A DNA stretch of 64,000 bases from an uncultured Planctomycetia bacterium (lineage in GTDB: Bacteria > Omnitrophota > Gorgyraeia > Tantalellales > Tantalellaceae): NCBI GenBank assembly GCA_964527555.1, contig CAZGOG010000002.1:41698-105697 (forward strand), given 5' to 3'. The notes beneath the pieces are model-generated. The model was given only the letters and a program-made list of their open reading frames with translations. It did no database searches and had not been told where the DNA came from. The translations under genes were made by a program, and so were the position numbers. Numbering within the stretch: the stretch's first letter is position 1; each line of letters begins with the position of its first letter. Below are positions 37,403 through 46,541 of the stretch, piece after piece.

Positions 37403-39166
37403 CTACTTCTTCTTCCTGAAATCCAGCCAGGGCGCGTATTCCCTCTTGGGCTGCACCGCTTCGGTGTTTCCTACAGGAACTTCTACCTGTTTCTGGGTGG
37501 TTTTCAGCTTCCCCGTCATAAGCACGGGGGCTGTTTCGGTTTCCTCGGCGCTTTCTTTCTGCGTTATGTATTTATCAAAGTGCGGCTGGGTCTCGGAATC
37601 AGCGATGGAATCCATGGCGTCTTTCACCAGGTGCACCGTGACGAAAAATACGATCTCAGTTCTTCGGATTTCTTCGGATTCGTATTTGAAAAGACTTCCC
37701 AGAACCGGTATGCCACCCAAAAGGTCGCCCAGTATCGGGAGTTTATTATCCTCTGTCACCAGCTCTTTCCGTATAAGCCCCCCCAGGAAAATCGTGTCTC
37801 CGTCTCTCACCCTTATGATCGTGTTAGCCTCCCTGGAATTAAACGTAAGGGCCACTGTTCCCTGCTGGGCCGCTCCGGCAAGCGTGAGCACGCTAAAGCC
37901 TTCGTTATTAGAGACTTCCGGCAGGAGATTGACGGAGATGTCCCCTTCTTCGTTGACATGGGGGATCACCACGAGCTTCACGCCGACTTCCCTGGCATCC
38001 TCTATATCTTCAAATTGAACGGTAACGGTCGTGGAGGTATCTGTACTCTGCAGCGCCTCCTGCAGCATTATTTTCTGGATTACCTTTATAGTGGCTCTTT
38101 GATTATTCAATGTCGTTATACGGGGACTTGAAAGTATCTCGGAATCGCCCCTCTGGTCTATAAGCGCCAGAGTCGCGGTAAAGGTACTAAAGTCCAGGTA
38201 ACCATACGTGAACAGATCCGTGCCGGCGAGAGCCTGGGCAACCGCGGGGATACCTGTATCCGTAATCCAGGGAAAAGTTGGAGCAAATCCTCTTCCTCCT
38301 GTCGAAGGATAATACTTCTCATCCGGCGCACCGTTTAAAAACGGCAAGGTCCCGTCGTTTTTAAAGGGAAAGGTGATCGGCTTTTTAGCCCCGGCAGCCG
38401 TTATTACCGCGTTCCAATCCACGCCGAAACGTTCGTCCTCGTTTAAGAGGATCTCGACAACTTTCGCATCAAGTATGATCTGGGGGGTCTTCTTGTCGAT
38501 CTTGCTTATCATCGTTTTGATGTCGCTTATGCGCGCGGGTATCGCCGTTATCACTATGGAATTAACGCTTGAGATATATGTGGCTTTTTCGCCCTGCCTG
38601 GGGTTAAGGATTGAGTTGATCGCCGTCATCAGCTGGTTGATGCTTTCTTCCTTCTGCTCTACAAGCACCTCTTCATTGCCTTCTTCCGTTTTGGTCAGCT
38701 CAATATCACGTATGAGGTGATTTAAGGGTATGACCTCTGTCACGGGCTCTTCCGCGTGAAGCTGTCCTTTGGGTATGACCCTTATGATGTCGCCCTCGCG
38801 TGAATAGACGTATCCGTAGTTTCTTGTCACGATGTCAAGTGCCACTTCCCAGGGTTTGTTCCTTAGACGCATGGTGACCAGGCCCTCGACTCCGGGAGAC
38901 GGGATTATATCGACCCCGCTTACCTCGGAAAGGTAATGAAGGACTGTCTTTATATCCACATCCTTGAAATTGACAGTCACGTTCCCGGCTTCGGCCAAAG
39001 GCTGGCCTATATCCTCTTTGACCGGGGATGTTTGGGCAGCACCCGCAGGTGAAACATTCACCTGGGCATATGAATCCACTATTAGCAGCGAATTCATAAA
39101 TAAAATCGCAACAACTGGCGCAAGAACTTTTACCCATGCACCAGAAGGCCACGCCCGTAAGGGCAT
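37403..39166 (-). CDS. pilQ: Type IV pilus secretin PilQ
   Basis: Secretin N-domains (VTVNFKDVDIKTVLHYLSEVSGVDII) and a C-terminal secretin domain (GDTIFLGGLIRKELVTEDNKLPILGDLLGGIPVLGSLFKYESEEIRRTEIVFFVTVHLV). The long ORF starts at 39271 inside repeat copy B. The plausible start is an ATG at 39166 (MPLRAWPSGAWVKVLAPVVAILF... signal-like), also inside the repeat. Start uncertain. Confidence 0.85.
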   Translation of the reverse strand: MPLRAWPSGAWVKVLAPVVAILFMNSLLIVDSYAQVNVSPAGAAQTSPVKEDIGQPLAEAGNVTVNFKDVDIKTVLHYLSEVSGVDIIPSPGVEGLVTMRLRNKPWEVALDIVTRNYGYVYSREGDIIRVIPKGQLHAEEPVTEVIPLNHLIRDIELTKTEEGNEEVLVEQKEESINQLMTAINSILNPRQGEKATYISSVNSIVITAIPARISDIKTMISKIDKKTPQIILDAKVVEILLNEDERFGVDWNAVITAAGAKKPITFPFKNDGTLPFLNGAPDEKYYPSTGGRGFAPTFPWITDTGIPAVAQALAGTDLFTYGYLDFSTFTATLALIDQRGDSEILSSPRITTLNNQRATIKVIQKIMLQEALQSTDTSTTVTVQFEDIEDAREVGVKLVVIPHVNEEGDISVNLLPEVSNNEGFSVLTLAGAAQQGTVALTFNSREANTIIRVRDGDTIFLGGLIRKELVTEDNKLPILGDLLGGIPVLGSLFKYESEEIRRTEIVFFVTVHLVKDAMDSIADSETQPHFDKYITQKESAEETETAPVLMTGKLKTTQKQVEVPVGNTEAVQPKREYAPWLDFRKKK

Positions 39167-39250
39167 GGATGAATGGCCTTCGGTGCAGGATTCCGCTTGA
39201 CGGAACCCTGAAACTGTGGATGCCATGGGCGTTAGCCCATGGAGCTTCAC
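39128..39250 (-). repeat. 123-bp structured interspersed repeat, copy B (reverse-complement orientation)
   Basis: The reverse complement of 39128..39250 aligns end-to-end with copy A, with only a few transitions and a 1-nt indel. Lies between pilP and pilQ and overlaps the pilQ 5' end. Confidence 0.9.
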
Positions 39251-39310
39251 TATTCGACTAAATTTTTTCATGTTCCCCCCCCATTACGAATTTAAAAACC
39301 GTACTTCTTT

Positions 39311-39691
39311 CTATTCCTCATAAAGTTTTATTTCATGCTCGTCTTCATCTATTTTTATTTTCACAACATTGGCATCTATCGACTCGACTGTAAGTACGCC
39401 GATACTGTCGCCTTCGGTCATAAACTCGCCGTTAATGATGGCGCTCCTTTTTCCGGCGGGATCGATAACAATCCCCTGAAGCACGACATCGTCTACGGTA
39501 AGCACTCCCCTGGCACCGCCCCGCGTTCCATCCTGCGGGACGCCGATTAAAGGCACGAAGGGGTCCCTGCGTCCAAGCGATTTATATTCGAATGCAGAAG
39601 CCTCATCCGGCAGCAAGCCCGCAATAGCCATAACGAGACTCACCGCCAGCAGAAACGTATATGCTCCGCTATTTCTTTTCATCATCTCCAA
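39311..39691 (-). CDS. pilP: Type IV pilus assembly protein PilP (pilotin-like lipoprotein)
   Basis: 126 aa. Signal peptide, RRDPFVPL motif, short beta domain. Follows pilO in a pilMNOPQ operon. Confidence 0.75.
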   Translation of the reverse strand: MEMMKRNSGAYTFLLAVSLVMAIAGLLPDEASAFEYKSLGRRDPFVPLIGVPQDGTRGGARGVLTVDDVVLQGIVIDPAGKRSAIINGEFMTEGDSIGVLTVESIDANVVKIKIDEDEHEIKLYEE

Positions 39692-40280
39692 CCGCCACGT
39701 AGGCTTTTAAGACTATTTTCACGTTATGAGACCTGGGATATTTGCTGTCGTATTGCACCGAGAGGTCCTGGATCTCAACGAACCTTTCCCCCTGCTCGAG
39801 TTTGTTGATAAAATAACCCAGCTGATGATATCCGCTCTTCGCGGTTATAACTATAGGCATTTCGCGAAAATACCTGGCGGTCTCCTCGTCTAACCCCTTG
39901 GTGGAAAACTCCTGGGGGGTGACGCTTAGTATCTTCACGTTCGATTCCTTGGCCATGGCAGCCAGACCTTCCAAAAATTTGGGTATTTCTTTTTCGACTG
40001 GAAGCTGTTTGGCATACCGGGTCTGTTCTTCCCGTAGAACGTTTAATCTCTCTGTCATCTCATCCAGACGTTTTTCCCGGCTTTCAACAAGATTTATCCT
40101 GTCTTTAAGATCCTTGACCATCCTGGAAACCTCAGAAAGACTGTTAAACGTCGGCAGGATGAGAAATGTAAGGTAAAGCACCACGATGATAACCGCGCCG
40201 CCCACAGTGACATACAGTTTCTTCTGCTCGTCCTCGAAAAACTCTTTTATCTTGTCTTGCTGCGTATTAAAATCGATCAT
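39669..40280 (-). CDS. pilO: Type IV pilus assembly protein PilO
   Basis: 203 aa. Single N-terminal TM, coiled coil, C-terminal PilO-type domain. Operon position between pilN and pilP. Confidence 0.75.
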   Translation of the reverse strand: MIDFNTQQDKIKEFFEDEQKKLYVTVGGAVIIVVLYLTFLILPTFNSLSEVSRMVKDLKDRINLVESREKRLDEMTERLNVLREEQTRYAKQLPVEKEIPKFLEGLAAMAKESNVKILSVTPQEFSTKGLDEETARYFREMPIVITAKSGYHQLGYFINKLEQGERFVEIQDLSVQYDSKYPRSHNVKIVLKAYVAVGDDEKK

Positions 40281-40945
40281 TTCTTCAGAAGGTCCTCTCC
40301 GATTTTCTCGTCGCTTTTAAACCCTATAGGCCCGAAACGGCAGTTAAGGTTGAACATCATCACTTCTTCCTCGCTGATCTTAAGGTTCCGCATGTTTTTA
40401 AGTTCGATCTCCTCGAAATAGCTGGAGAACTCCATGTTCTTTTTGAGACTGTTGATAAACCTGGCGACTGTAGCCGTCGCTTCTTCGCTCTTGCCAAGAG
40501 CATACCCGTTAAGATTAAGCCAGACAGGGAGATCGCTTATCACTATCTTTTTGTCTTTCTCATCCCGGAAACTCAGCTCAAAGTTTGAGAGCCAAATGTT
40601 CGGTATTATCGACTGGTTGAGACCGCTGAGGAGCATGGACCAGTCCAGATCGGGTTTGGCGATCTTTTTTACCGCGGCTATCCTTCTTTCAAGGTTGTTT
40701 ATTTCTCTGGCAAGGCGTTCCGTTCTTTCACGCTGCGGTTTCATCTGGTTCCATTTCTCTTCCAGCACCCCGTACTCTTTCCTGTTACTGCCGACCACCA
40801 GCAGCATAAGAACATGCACGGCGATCAGGACTGCTATTACGCCTAAAGCCGCCGGTAACGCCGGCAGTGTCGGCAGCTTGGGCATCTGTATCTGCCTTCT
40901 CTTCTTTCTCCTCAGATCCTTGGGCAGCAAATTAAGCTCTATCAT
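40277..40945 (-). CDS. pilN: Type IV pilus assembly protein PilN
   Basis: ORF 40277..40984 trimmed to MIELNLLPKDLRRKK... (conserved PilN INLLP N-terminus). Single TM, coiled coil. Confidence 0.8.
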   Translation of the reverse strand: MIELNLLPKDLRRKKRRQIQMPKLPTLPALPAALGVIAVLIAVHVLMLLVVGSNRKEYGVLEEKWNQMKPQRERTERLAREINNLERRIAAVKKIAKPDLDWSMLLSGLNQSIIPNIWLSNFELSFRDEKDKKIVISDLPVWLNLNGYALGKSEEATATVARFINSLKKNMEFSSYFEEIELKNMRNLKISEEEVMMFNLNCRFGPIGFKSDEKIGEDLLKK

Positions 40946-40961
40946 GATAAAATATTTTAGT

Positions 40962-41984
40962 TTACTTGATCCCTCTAAGCGCAAGTCCTATCCCGACAGC
41001 AAGCTGGCATGAAACCGGTTTTATCTTTTCGGCTGAAATGTTCTCGGATATCTTTAGACCTTTAAGCGGATCCCATTTCTTTACTTCAGTGGCGAGTCTT
41101 TCACCCAGGTGATCAAGCACCCCCTCCTGGCGGACCATCCCGCCGGAACAATAAATGTCGCTGATTCCCTTATTGTACCTGTTTTCAAAATATCCGAAAG
41201 ACAGTTGTACCTCCTTGATAAGATCATCAAGGATAGATGCGGCAGCCTGTTTTACAGCCTCTTTATTCCCGCCTTCATGGCCTAAAATGTACTCGTTTGC
41301 CTTTTCTATCGGAATAGACATATTCCGGCAGATGGCCTTGATGACATCCTTACCCCCAATCTGCACCTGCCTCATAAAGCAAGGCATCTCGCCGATCGAT
41401 ATCAATATATCGGTCTCGGAATGCCCGAGGTCCAAAAGGACATTACCCTTATCCTCGGCAAAAGTATTGGATTCAAGGAAGACATTGAACATCGCAAAAG
41501 AAGCGATATCCATTATGTTCACTATGATATCCATGCCCTCGAACATTTTTACCAGGTGTGCGATAGGCTCGCGTTTTGCGGCGGCCAAAAGGACCTTCAT
41601 GCGCCCCGCCTCTTCAGCATCGCCCAAAATAATAGAGTCGAGAACGACCTCTTTTATGCTGAAAGGAATGTACTTCTCAGCTTCAAAGGCAAGGGCGTTA
41701 GCCAGCTGTTCTTTGGTCATTTTGGGAAGGTCTATGAACCGCACGATCACGTCAGGCCCGGATATGGAGAGGTTGATTTCTTCCGGGTGAAAACCGATTT
41801 CTTTAAGGGCTTCTTCTATAAAACGCTGTGTTTCATAGCTTTTGGCATCGGGGGGGATATTTTTTATGCTAAAGGCAGAAAGCGTTTTACCATCAGAACT
41901 TTTCTCGAGGGAAACGGCCTTTATGGAATAACTTCCAATATCCAAGCCGACTGATTTTTCTGATGCACTTCCGATTTTTACCAT
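40962..41984 (-). CDS. pilM: Type IV pilus assembly protein PilM (actin-like ATPase fold)
   Basis: 340 aa. VGLDIGSYSIKAV (actin/FtsA-like phosphate-1 motif), PilM length, heads the pilMNOPQ operon. Confidence 0.85.
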   Translation of the reverse strand: MVKIGSASEKSVGLDIGSYSIKAVSLEKSSDGKTLSAFSIKNIPPDAKSYETQRFIEEALKEIGFHPEEINLSISGPDVIVRFIDLPKMTKEQLANALAFEAEKYIPFSIKEVVLDSIILGDAEEAGRMKVLLAAAKREPIAHLVKMFEGMDIIVNIMDIASFAMFNVFLESNTFAEDKGNVLLDLGHSETDILISIGEMPCFMRQVQIGGKDVIKAICRNMSIPIEKANEYILGHEGGNKEAVKQAAASILDDLIKEVQLSFGYFENRYNKGISDIYCSGGMVRQEGVLDHLGERLATEVKKWDPLKGLKISENISAEKIKPVSCQLAVGIGLALRGIK

Positions 41985-42107
41985 ATATTAAGAGTTAAAA
42001 AGTTAGAATTTATATAGAGATTATCTAATATATTTATCCAAAGACTATCATACCAACCTGCCATTGTCAAGCTGGAGGTATATATAATCTATACTCTAAG
42101 TAATCCT

Positions 42108-43976
42108 CTATGGTTTACTTTTCCCCTCCGATATGATCTTTCGCATAAGTTCGGCCGGTTTTTTAAAACCGGGGTCGCACATGATTGCTTTTTGAAGATA
42201 CATCTTTGCCTGTTTTTCTTCTCCCCCCGCGAGAAAAACCTCCCCAAGATTATAAAAAGCAAGCGGCCTCTCGGGATAAAGTTTTGCGGCTTCCAGATAA
42301 TAAGTCGCTGCCTCAGGCAGATACCCCATACGGCTATATGCGGTGCCAAGATTGATAAGGGCATTGTAATCGTACGGCTTGATCCTGTATGCTCTTTTAG
42401 ACACTTCGAGAGCTTTTTCATCTTCCCCGCTCTCCGAATAGATGGCACCAAGAATAAGAAGCGCTTCAGAGTGCCTGGGGCTCATCTCAAGCACTTTCTC
42501 CAAATAGTTTATTGCGGCTGTCTTATCACCCCGCTTAAGCTCCACCAAAGCCATCCCCACATATGCGTCAAAATTATCGGGGTCGATAGCAAGCACTGTT
42601 TTAAAATCGCGTTCAGCTTCATCCGCCGCTCCCGAAGCAAGCTGCCACCTTCCTCTTAAATAAAGCGCTGCCGCATCGCCGGGCCGGGTCTCTACATAAG
42701 AGTCCATCTCATCCAAAGCCTTCTGGTTTATTTTACCTTTTTTGGATGATACGGCTTTGTAGAACATGGCTGAATCATCTTCTTTTGAAAAAGAAAGTAC
42801 TCGGCCGCTTAAAGATTCGCTCGTCTGCCAGTATTTAGTCTGGGCTATCGTTATGCTCGCAAGGGTGGCAACGATAACAAGAACGCCTCCGGCAATAAGA
42901 TATTTTGACGGCTTTCCTCTTCTTTCATAAACTTCAGTAAGCGAAACTGACACAAAAAGAAATGCCCCGTAGCTGGGAAGGTAGAGCCAGTGTTCCGCGA
43001 ACACTTTGAGGCCAGCCGCCACAAAAAGAAAAGGAACAAGACTTATAAGAAAAAACCCCAATGAAAATACCAGGAGGCGTCTTGAGCCTTTCAGATAAAA
43101 AACGAGGAAGATGATTATGGCGAGAGACGCGATCACGAGGGGGTCCGCCTGTTGTAAAAAAGTGCCTGCCCTTCTCACATGAAGAGCCGCGGGAAAAATC
43201 ACCAGGAGAAAAAACTCTTTAACTATCTCGAAATATTTAGCTGATGCCTCCTCGAAACCAGCAAGCTTTATAACGGTGTGATACCTCCCCCCGAAAAAGA
43301 GGTAATGCGCCAGCGCATATACCCCGCAAAGAAGAAAAGCCGGCACCTGACTTGTCATCCTCTTTTCTCTGAGAACTAATATGCTCATCAAAAGAAGCAG
43401 AAACGGAAAAATAAGCGCCGTTTCCTTTGAAAGAAGCGCAAGCGCCAGAGAAAAAACGCTTGCGGCAAGAAAGATCGGTTTTTTTAATTCTACGTATCTC
43501 ACGTAAAAAATCATGTACAGAAATCCGAACAAAAAGAAAAGCAGGTCCGCCCTGCTGGAGATATATGCTACTACTCCGACATAGGCGGGGTGGATTATAA
43601 ATAAAAGAGAAGCAAGCAATGCCGGCGCCTTCTTGCGCGCAAGCTCCAGCGTCAAATAAAAAACTAATAGACCGTTAAAAAAATGTAGAAGGATACCTGT
43701 AATATGAAACCCCAACGGATTCATCCCCCACAGCCGGTAATCCAAAGCGTAAGTGAGCATCTGCACGGGCCGGTAATAGATAGAGTATATGAAACTGGAG
43801 TTTATTACATCCTGCTTGAATACCTGAAAGGACGCTAAAGACGCGCGAATCTGGGGGTTTTCAAGAACTATGAACTTATCGTCCCACACAAAACCGGCAC
43901 CAGTGACATTGCCGTACGAGACCGCTGTTGCGGTAAGAAGAAGTAACGCTATAAGAATATTTTTACGTGTCAGCAT
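42108..43976 (-). CDS. Multi-pass membrane protein with GT39/PMT-like (DUF1736/TMTC-like) N-terminal region and C-terminal TPR repeats
   Basis: ORF 42108..44099 trimmed to the ATG at 43976, immediately after repeat copy C. The longer TTG-initiated ORF would translate the repeat. N-terminal motif GFVWDDKFIVLENPQI plus ~11 TM helices, then 6-8 TPR units (AAALYLRGRWQLASGAADEAERDFKTVLAIDPDNFDAYVGMAL...). Confidence 0.7.
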   Translation of the reverse strand: MLTRKNILIALLLLTATAVSYGNVTGAGFVWDDKFIVLENPQIRASLASFQVFKQDVINSSFIYSIYYRPVQMLTYALDYRLWGMNPLGFHITGILLHFFNGLLVFYLTLELARKKAPALLASLLFIIHPAYVGVVAYISSRADLLFFLFGFLYMIFYVRYVELKKPIFLAASVFSLALALLSKETALIFPFLLLLMSILVLREKRMTSQVPAFLLCGVYALAHYLFFGGRYHTVIKLAGFEEASAKYFEIVKEFFLLVIFPAALHVRRAGTFLQQADPLVIASLAIIIFLVFYLKGSRRLLVFSLGFFLISLVPFLFVAAGLKVFAEHWLYLPSYGAFLFVSVSLTEVYERRGKPSKYLIAGGVLVIVATLASITIAQTKYWQTSESLSGRVLSFSKEDDSAMFYKAVSSKKGKINQKALDEMDSYVETRPGDAAALYLRGRWQLASGAADEAERDFKTVLAIDPDNFDAYVGMALVELKRGDKTAAINYLEKVLEMSPRHSEALLILGAIYSESGEDEKALEVSKRAYRIKPYDYNALINLGTAYSRMGYLPEAATYYLEAAKLYPERPLAFYNLGEVFLAGGEEKQAKMYLQKAIMCDPGFKKPAELMRKIISEGKSKP

Positions 43977-43977
43977 A

Positions 43978-44100
43978 GTGAAGCTCCATGGGCTAACGCC
44001 CATGGCATCCACAGTTTCAGTTTTTCCGTCAAGCGGAACCCTGTACCGAAGGCCATTCATCCACGCCCATAAGGGCGTGGCCTTCTGGTGTATGGGCAAA
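43978..44100 (+). repeat. 123-bp structured interspersed repeat, copy C
   Basis: Same orientation as copy A with ~10 substitutions, mostly C>T transitions that convert G-C pairs into G-U wobbles in the nested hairpins. Lies between pilA1 3' end and the TMTC-like gene start. Confidence 0.9.
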
Positions 44101-44156
44101 TACTATGTGCAAGAGCGGGGTTTATCAAAATACCATGTTCTGGACAGCTGGACCAA

Positions 44157-44495
44157 TCAGGGTAGTTTATGCCGGTCACCGTCTTCGTTCGGACACTTTA
44201 CGATTATACTGGGGGTGCCGATAATGTAATTGGCTCCGTCAGAGGGACAGGTAGGTGTTGACTTAATATAGTCCGGGACAAGGTCACTCATCGTGGGATT
44301 AGTGTCATTATCAATGTAAAAGATCGCTTTAGCGGCTTCTATCTGCCTTAGATTCGCGATGCATCCCCTGTTCTGAGCTTCCCTGCGGGCTCTGACTATG
44401 TTAGGAATGGCAATGGCCGCAAGCAGGCCTATTATCCCTATGATTATCATCATCTCGACAAGTGTAAAACCTTTTTTCCCCAATGTTTTCTCCAT
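44157..44495 (-). CDS. pilA: Type IV major pilin paralog 1
   Basis: ORF 44157..44531 trimmed to MEKTLGKKG|FTLVEMMIIIGIIGLLAAIAIPN (class III signal peptide, start choice uncertain). C-terminal D-region with two Cys pairs (CIANL...TCPSDG...CPNEDGDRHKLP). Confidence 0.8.
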   Translation of the reverse strand: MEKTLGKKGFTLVEMMIIIGIIGLLAAIAIPNIVRARREAQNRGCIANLRQIEAAKAIFYIDNDTNPTMSDLVPDYIKSTPTCPSDGANYIIGTPSIIVKCPNEDGDRHKLP

Positions 44496-44643
44496 TCGAT
44501 TTATCATAAAACCGTTTAAACGAAGACACATATTAAGAATAAGTTAACTTAAGTTTAGTATACCTTAATATGATAAAAAAGCAAATCAAGTACGAAATTT
44601 TGATAATAGCGGATTCGAAGAGTAAAAAGGTTAGAATAAAAAA

Positions 44644-44674
44644 GAAGAGGGCGATTTTTAAATCGCCCTCTTCT
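44644..44674 (-). terminator. Rho-independent terminator downstream of pilA2
   Basis: Minus-strand reading: GAAGAGGGCGAT-ttaaaa-ATCGCCCTCTTC hairpin (11-12 bp GC-rich stem) followed directly by CTTTTTTATT. Located 30 nt after the pilA2 stop. Confidence 0.75.
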
Positions 44675-44703
44675 CTAGATCTCACGCTTGCTGGAACGAA
44701 CCT

Positions 44704-45051
44704 TTACGGTAATTTGTGCTTATCACCGTCTTCGTTCGGGCATGTCGGAGGCGTATTAAGAGCATTGACATTGTAATCAGACCCGTCAGTAGGACAAGTC
44801 GGTGTCGATTTGATATAATCAGGCACCAGATCCCCTATGTCGGGAGTCCCCGTATTGCCATCCAAGGCCCATAACGTTTTAGCGCCGTCTATCTGCTTTA
44901 AGTTAGCGATACAGGCTTTGTTCTGGGCGGCTTCACGAGCCTTTATAAAGTTTGGTATGGCAATAGCAGCCAATAAACCTATAATTGCGACAACGATCAT
45001 GATCTCAACAAGTGTGAAACCTCCTTTACCCAAATATTTTCTCATCTTCAT
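44704..45051 (-). CDS. pilA: Type IV major pilin paralog 2
   Basis: ORF 44704..45099 trimmed to MKMRKYLGKGG|FTLVEIMIVVAIIGLLAAIAIPN. SD aaggaggtg 7 nt upstream of this ATG. C-terminus (DLVPDYIKSTPTCPTDG...CPNEDGDKHKLP) is nearly identical to paralog 1, a tandem duplicate. Confidence 0.85.
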   Translation of the reverse strand: MKMRKYLGKGGFTLVEIMIVVAIIGLLAAIAIPNFIKAREAAQNKACIANLKQIDGAKTLWALDGNTGTPDIGDLVPDYIKSTPTCPTDGSDYNVNALNTPPTCPNEDGDKHKLP

Positions 45052-45270
45052 ATCTCTCACCTCCTTCCTTTTACAGTCTCGAGGGCGGACTAATTGCACC
45101 GCTCTACTTTAAAGTATACCTTCATATCTTATCTAAAGCAACCTACCTCCAGAAAACTATGTTTCTAAATCTACATTCACCTAAAGTATGCATTCCGAGT
45201 ATTAATTTTGTATTAATTTAAAATTAATTTTGTGTTAAAAACCGCGCTTTTATGCCGCAATCCTAGCGGA

Positions 45271-46491
45271 TTAAAACTCGATTAACGTCCCCATCTTGAA
45301 TATGGGCAGAAACATAGAGATAACAATACCCCCTATGATCACACCCAGAAATACTATAACAAAAGGCTCGATTAAGCTGGTGAGGCTGTCAACTGTAGAA
45401 CTGACCTGGTCATCATAAAAATCCGCTATTTTAGAAAGCATCTTTTCCAGCTCGCCGCTTTTCTCGCCTACGGATATCATGCGGGTGACAAGCGGCGGGA
45501 ATATCCCGCTTTTCTCCATGGGGGTTGCGATGCTTTCCCCTTCCTTGACGCTCTCTTTTACCGCGTAAACCGATCTTTCGACGACCACATTACCGGCGGT
45601 TTTAGCGACGATCTCAAGCGCAGAAAGTATCGGAACACCGCTTCTGACAAGAGTGCTGAGCGTACGGCTAAACTTACTGATAGCGACTTTCTTGAACAGG
45701 GGGCCGAATACGGGCAGCTTCAGTTTCAGGCCGTCAAATGCCAGTCTCCCCTGCGCCGTGTTAATGTACCACTTAACACCGGAACCTACGCCGATAACTC
45801 CTATTGCGAGCAGCCAGAAAGAACTTCGCACTATGTCGCTTACGTTTATCAGAAACTGTGTAGGTCCCGGCAGTTCCGCGCCAAAACCGGAAAACATGTC
45901 TTTAAAAACGGGTATGACCCTCAGGATCAATACAAATGTTATTACCAGAGCCAGAAAAGAAACAACGGCGGGATACACCATCGCCGATCTTATCTTTCTT
46001 TGAAGGGAATGCGTCTTCTCCATATACGTGGCGACCCTTTCCAGAACCTCATCCAGCATACCGCTTGATTCGCCTGCTTTTACCATGTTCACAAAAAATT
46101 CAGAAAAAACAGAACTGTGTTTTGCCATGGCATCCGAAAGACTGGCCCCGGTATTGACAGAGTCACGTACGTCCAATATCACTTTCTTAAAACGGGCATG
46201 CGCTACCTGATCACCCATCGTATCAAGCGCATTGACGATGGTGATCCCCGCCCCTGTCATGGTCGCCATCTGTCTTACAAATATGACAAGTTCATCCATG
46301 GGCACTTTTCTTCTACTGGAAGACATTAAAGAAGAGATGATTGATTCCCTCTTTTTGAGCTCATCTATTCTTATCATGAGCATATCTCTGCTGCGGATTA
46401 CTTCGATGGCGGATTTCTTGTCAGGCGCTTCCAGATCACCCCTCATGGTACGCCCTTCCTTGTTCTTTGCTACATATGCGAATTTTGGCAT
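45271..46491 (-). CDS. pilC: Type IV pilus inner-membrane platform protein PilC (GspF family)
   Basis: 406 aa. Two GspF-type repeats (MATMTGAGITIVNALDTM ... LSTLVRSGVPILSALEI), 3 TM segments. Confidence 0.9.
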   Translation of the reverse strand: MPKFAYVAKNKEGRTMRGDLEAPDKKSAIEVIRSRDMLMIRIDELKKRESIISSLMSSSRRKVPMDELVIFVRQMATMTGAGITIVNALDTMGDQVAHARFKKVILDVRDSVNTGASLSDAMAKHSSVFSEFFVNMVKAGESSGMLDEVLERVATYMEKTHSLQRKIRSAMVYPAVVSFLALVITFVLILRVIPVFKDMFSGFGAELPGPTQFLINVSDIVRSSFWLLAIGVIGVGSGVKWYINTAQGRLAFDGLKLKLPVFGPLFKKVAISKFSRTLSTLVRSGVPILSALEIVAKTAGNVVVERSVYAVKESVKEGESIATPMEKSGIFPPLVTRMISVGEKSGELEKMLSKIADFYDDQVSSTVDSLTSLIEPFVIVFLGVIIGGIVISMFLPIFKMGTLIEF

Positions 46492-46541
46492 GACTGTCCT
46501 TCCATATTCATTTTAAAAGATCACTTACCACGCGCTTTCCA

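Noticed and set aside
42089-42451. 120-aa minus-strand ORF overlapping the 3' end of the GT39/TPR gene in another frame
   Set aside because: It is fully nested in the out-of-frame region of a well-supported long CDS and has a basic low-complexity translation, so it is likely spurious.
44496-45270. Searched for sigma-54 (-24 GG / -12 GC) promoters upstream of both pilin genes
   Set aside because: No convincing TGGCAC-N5-TTGC match on the minus strand, only AT-rich sequence compatible with sigma-70-type promoters. Not callable by eye.
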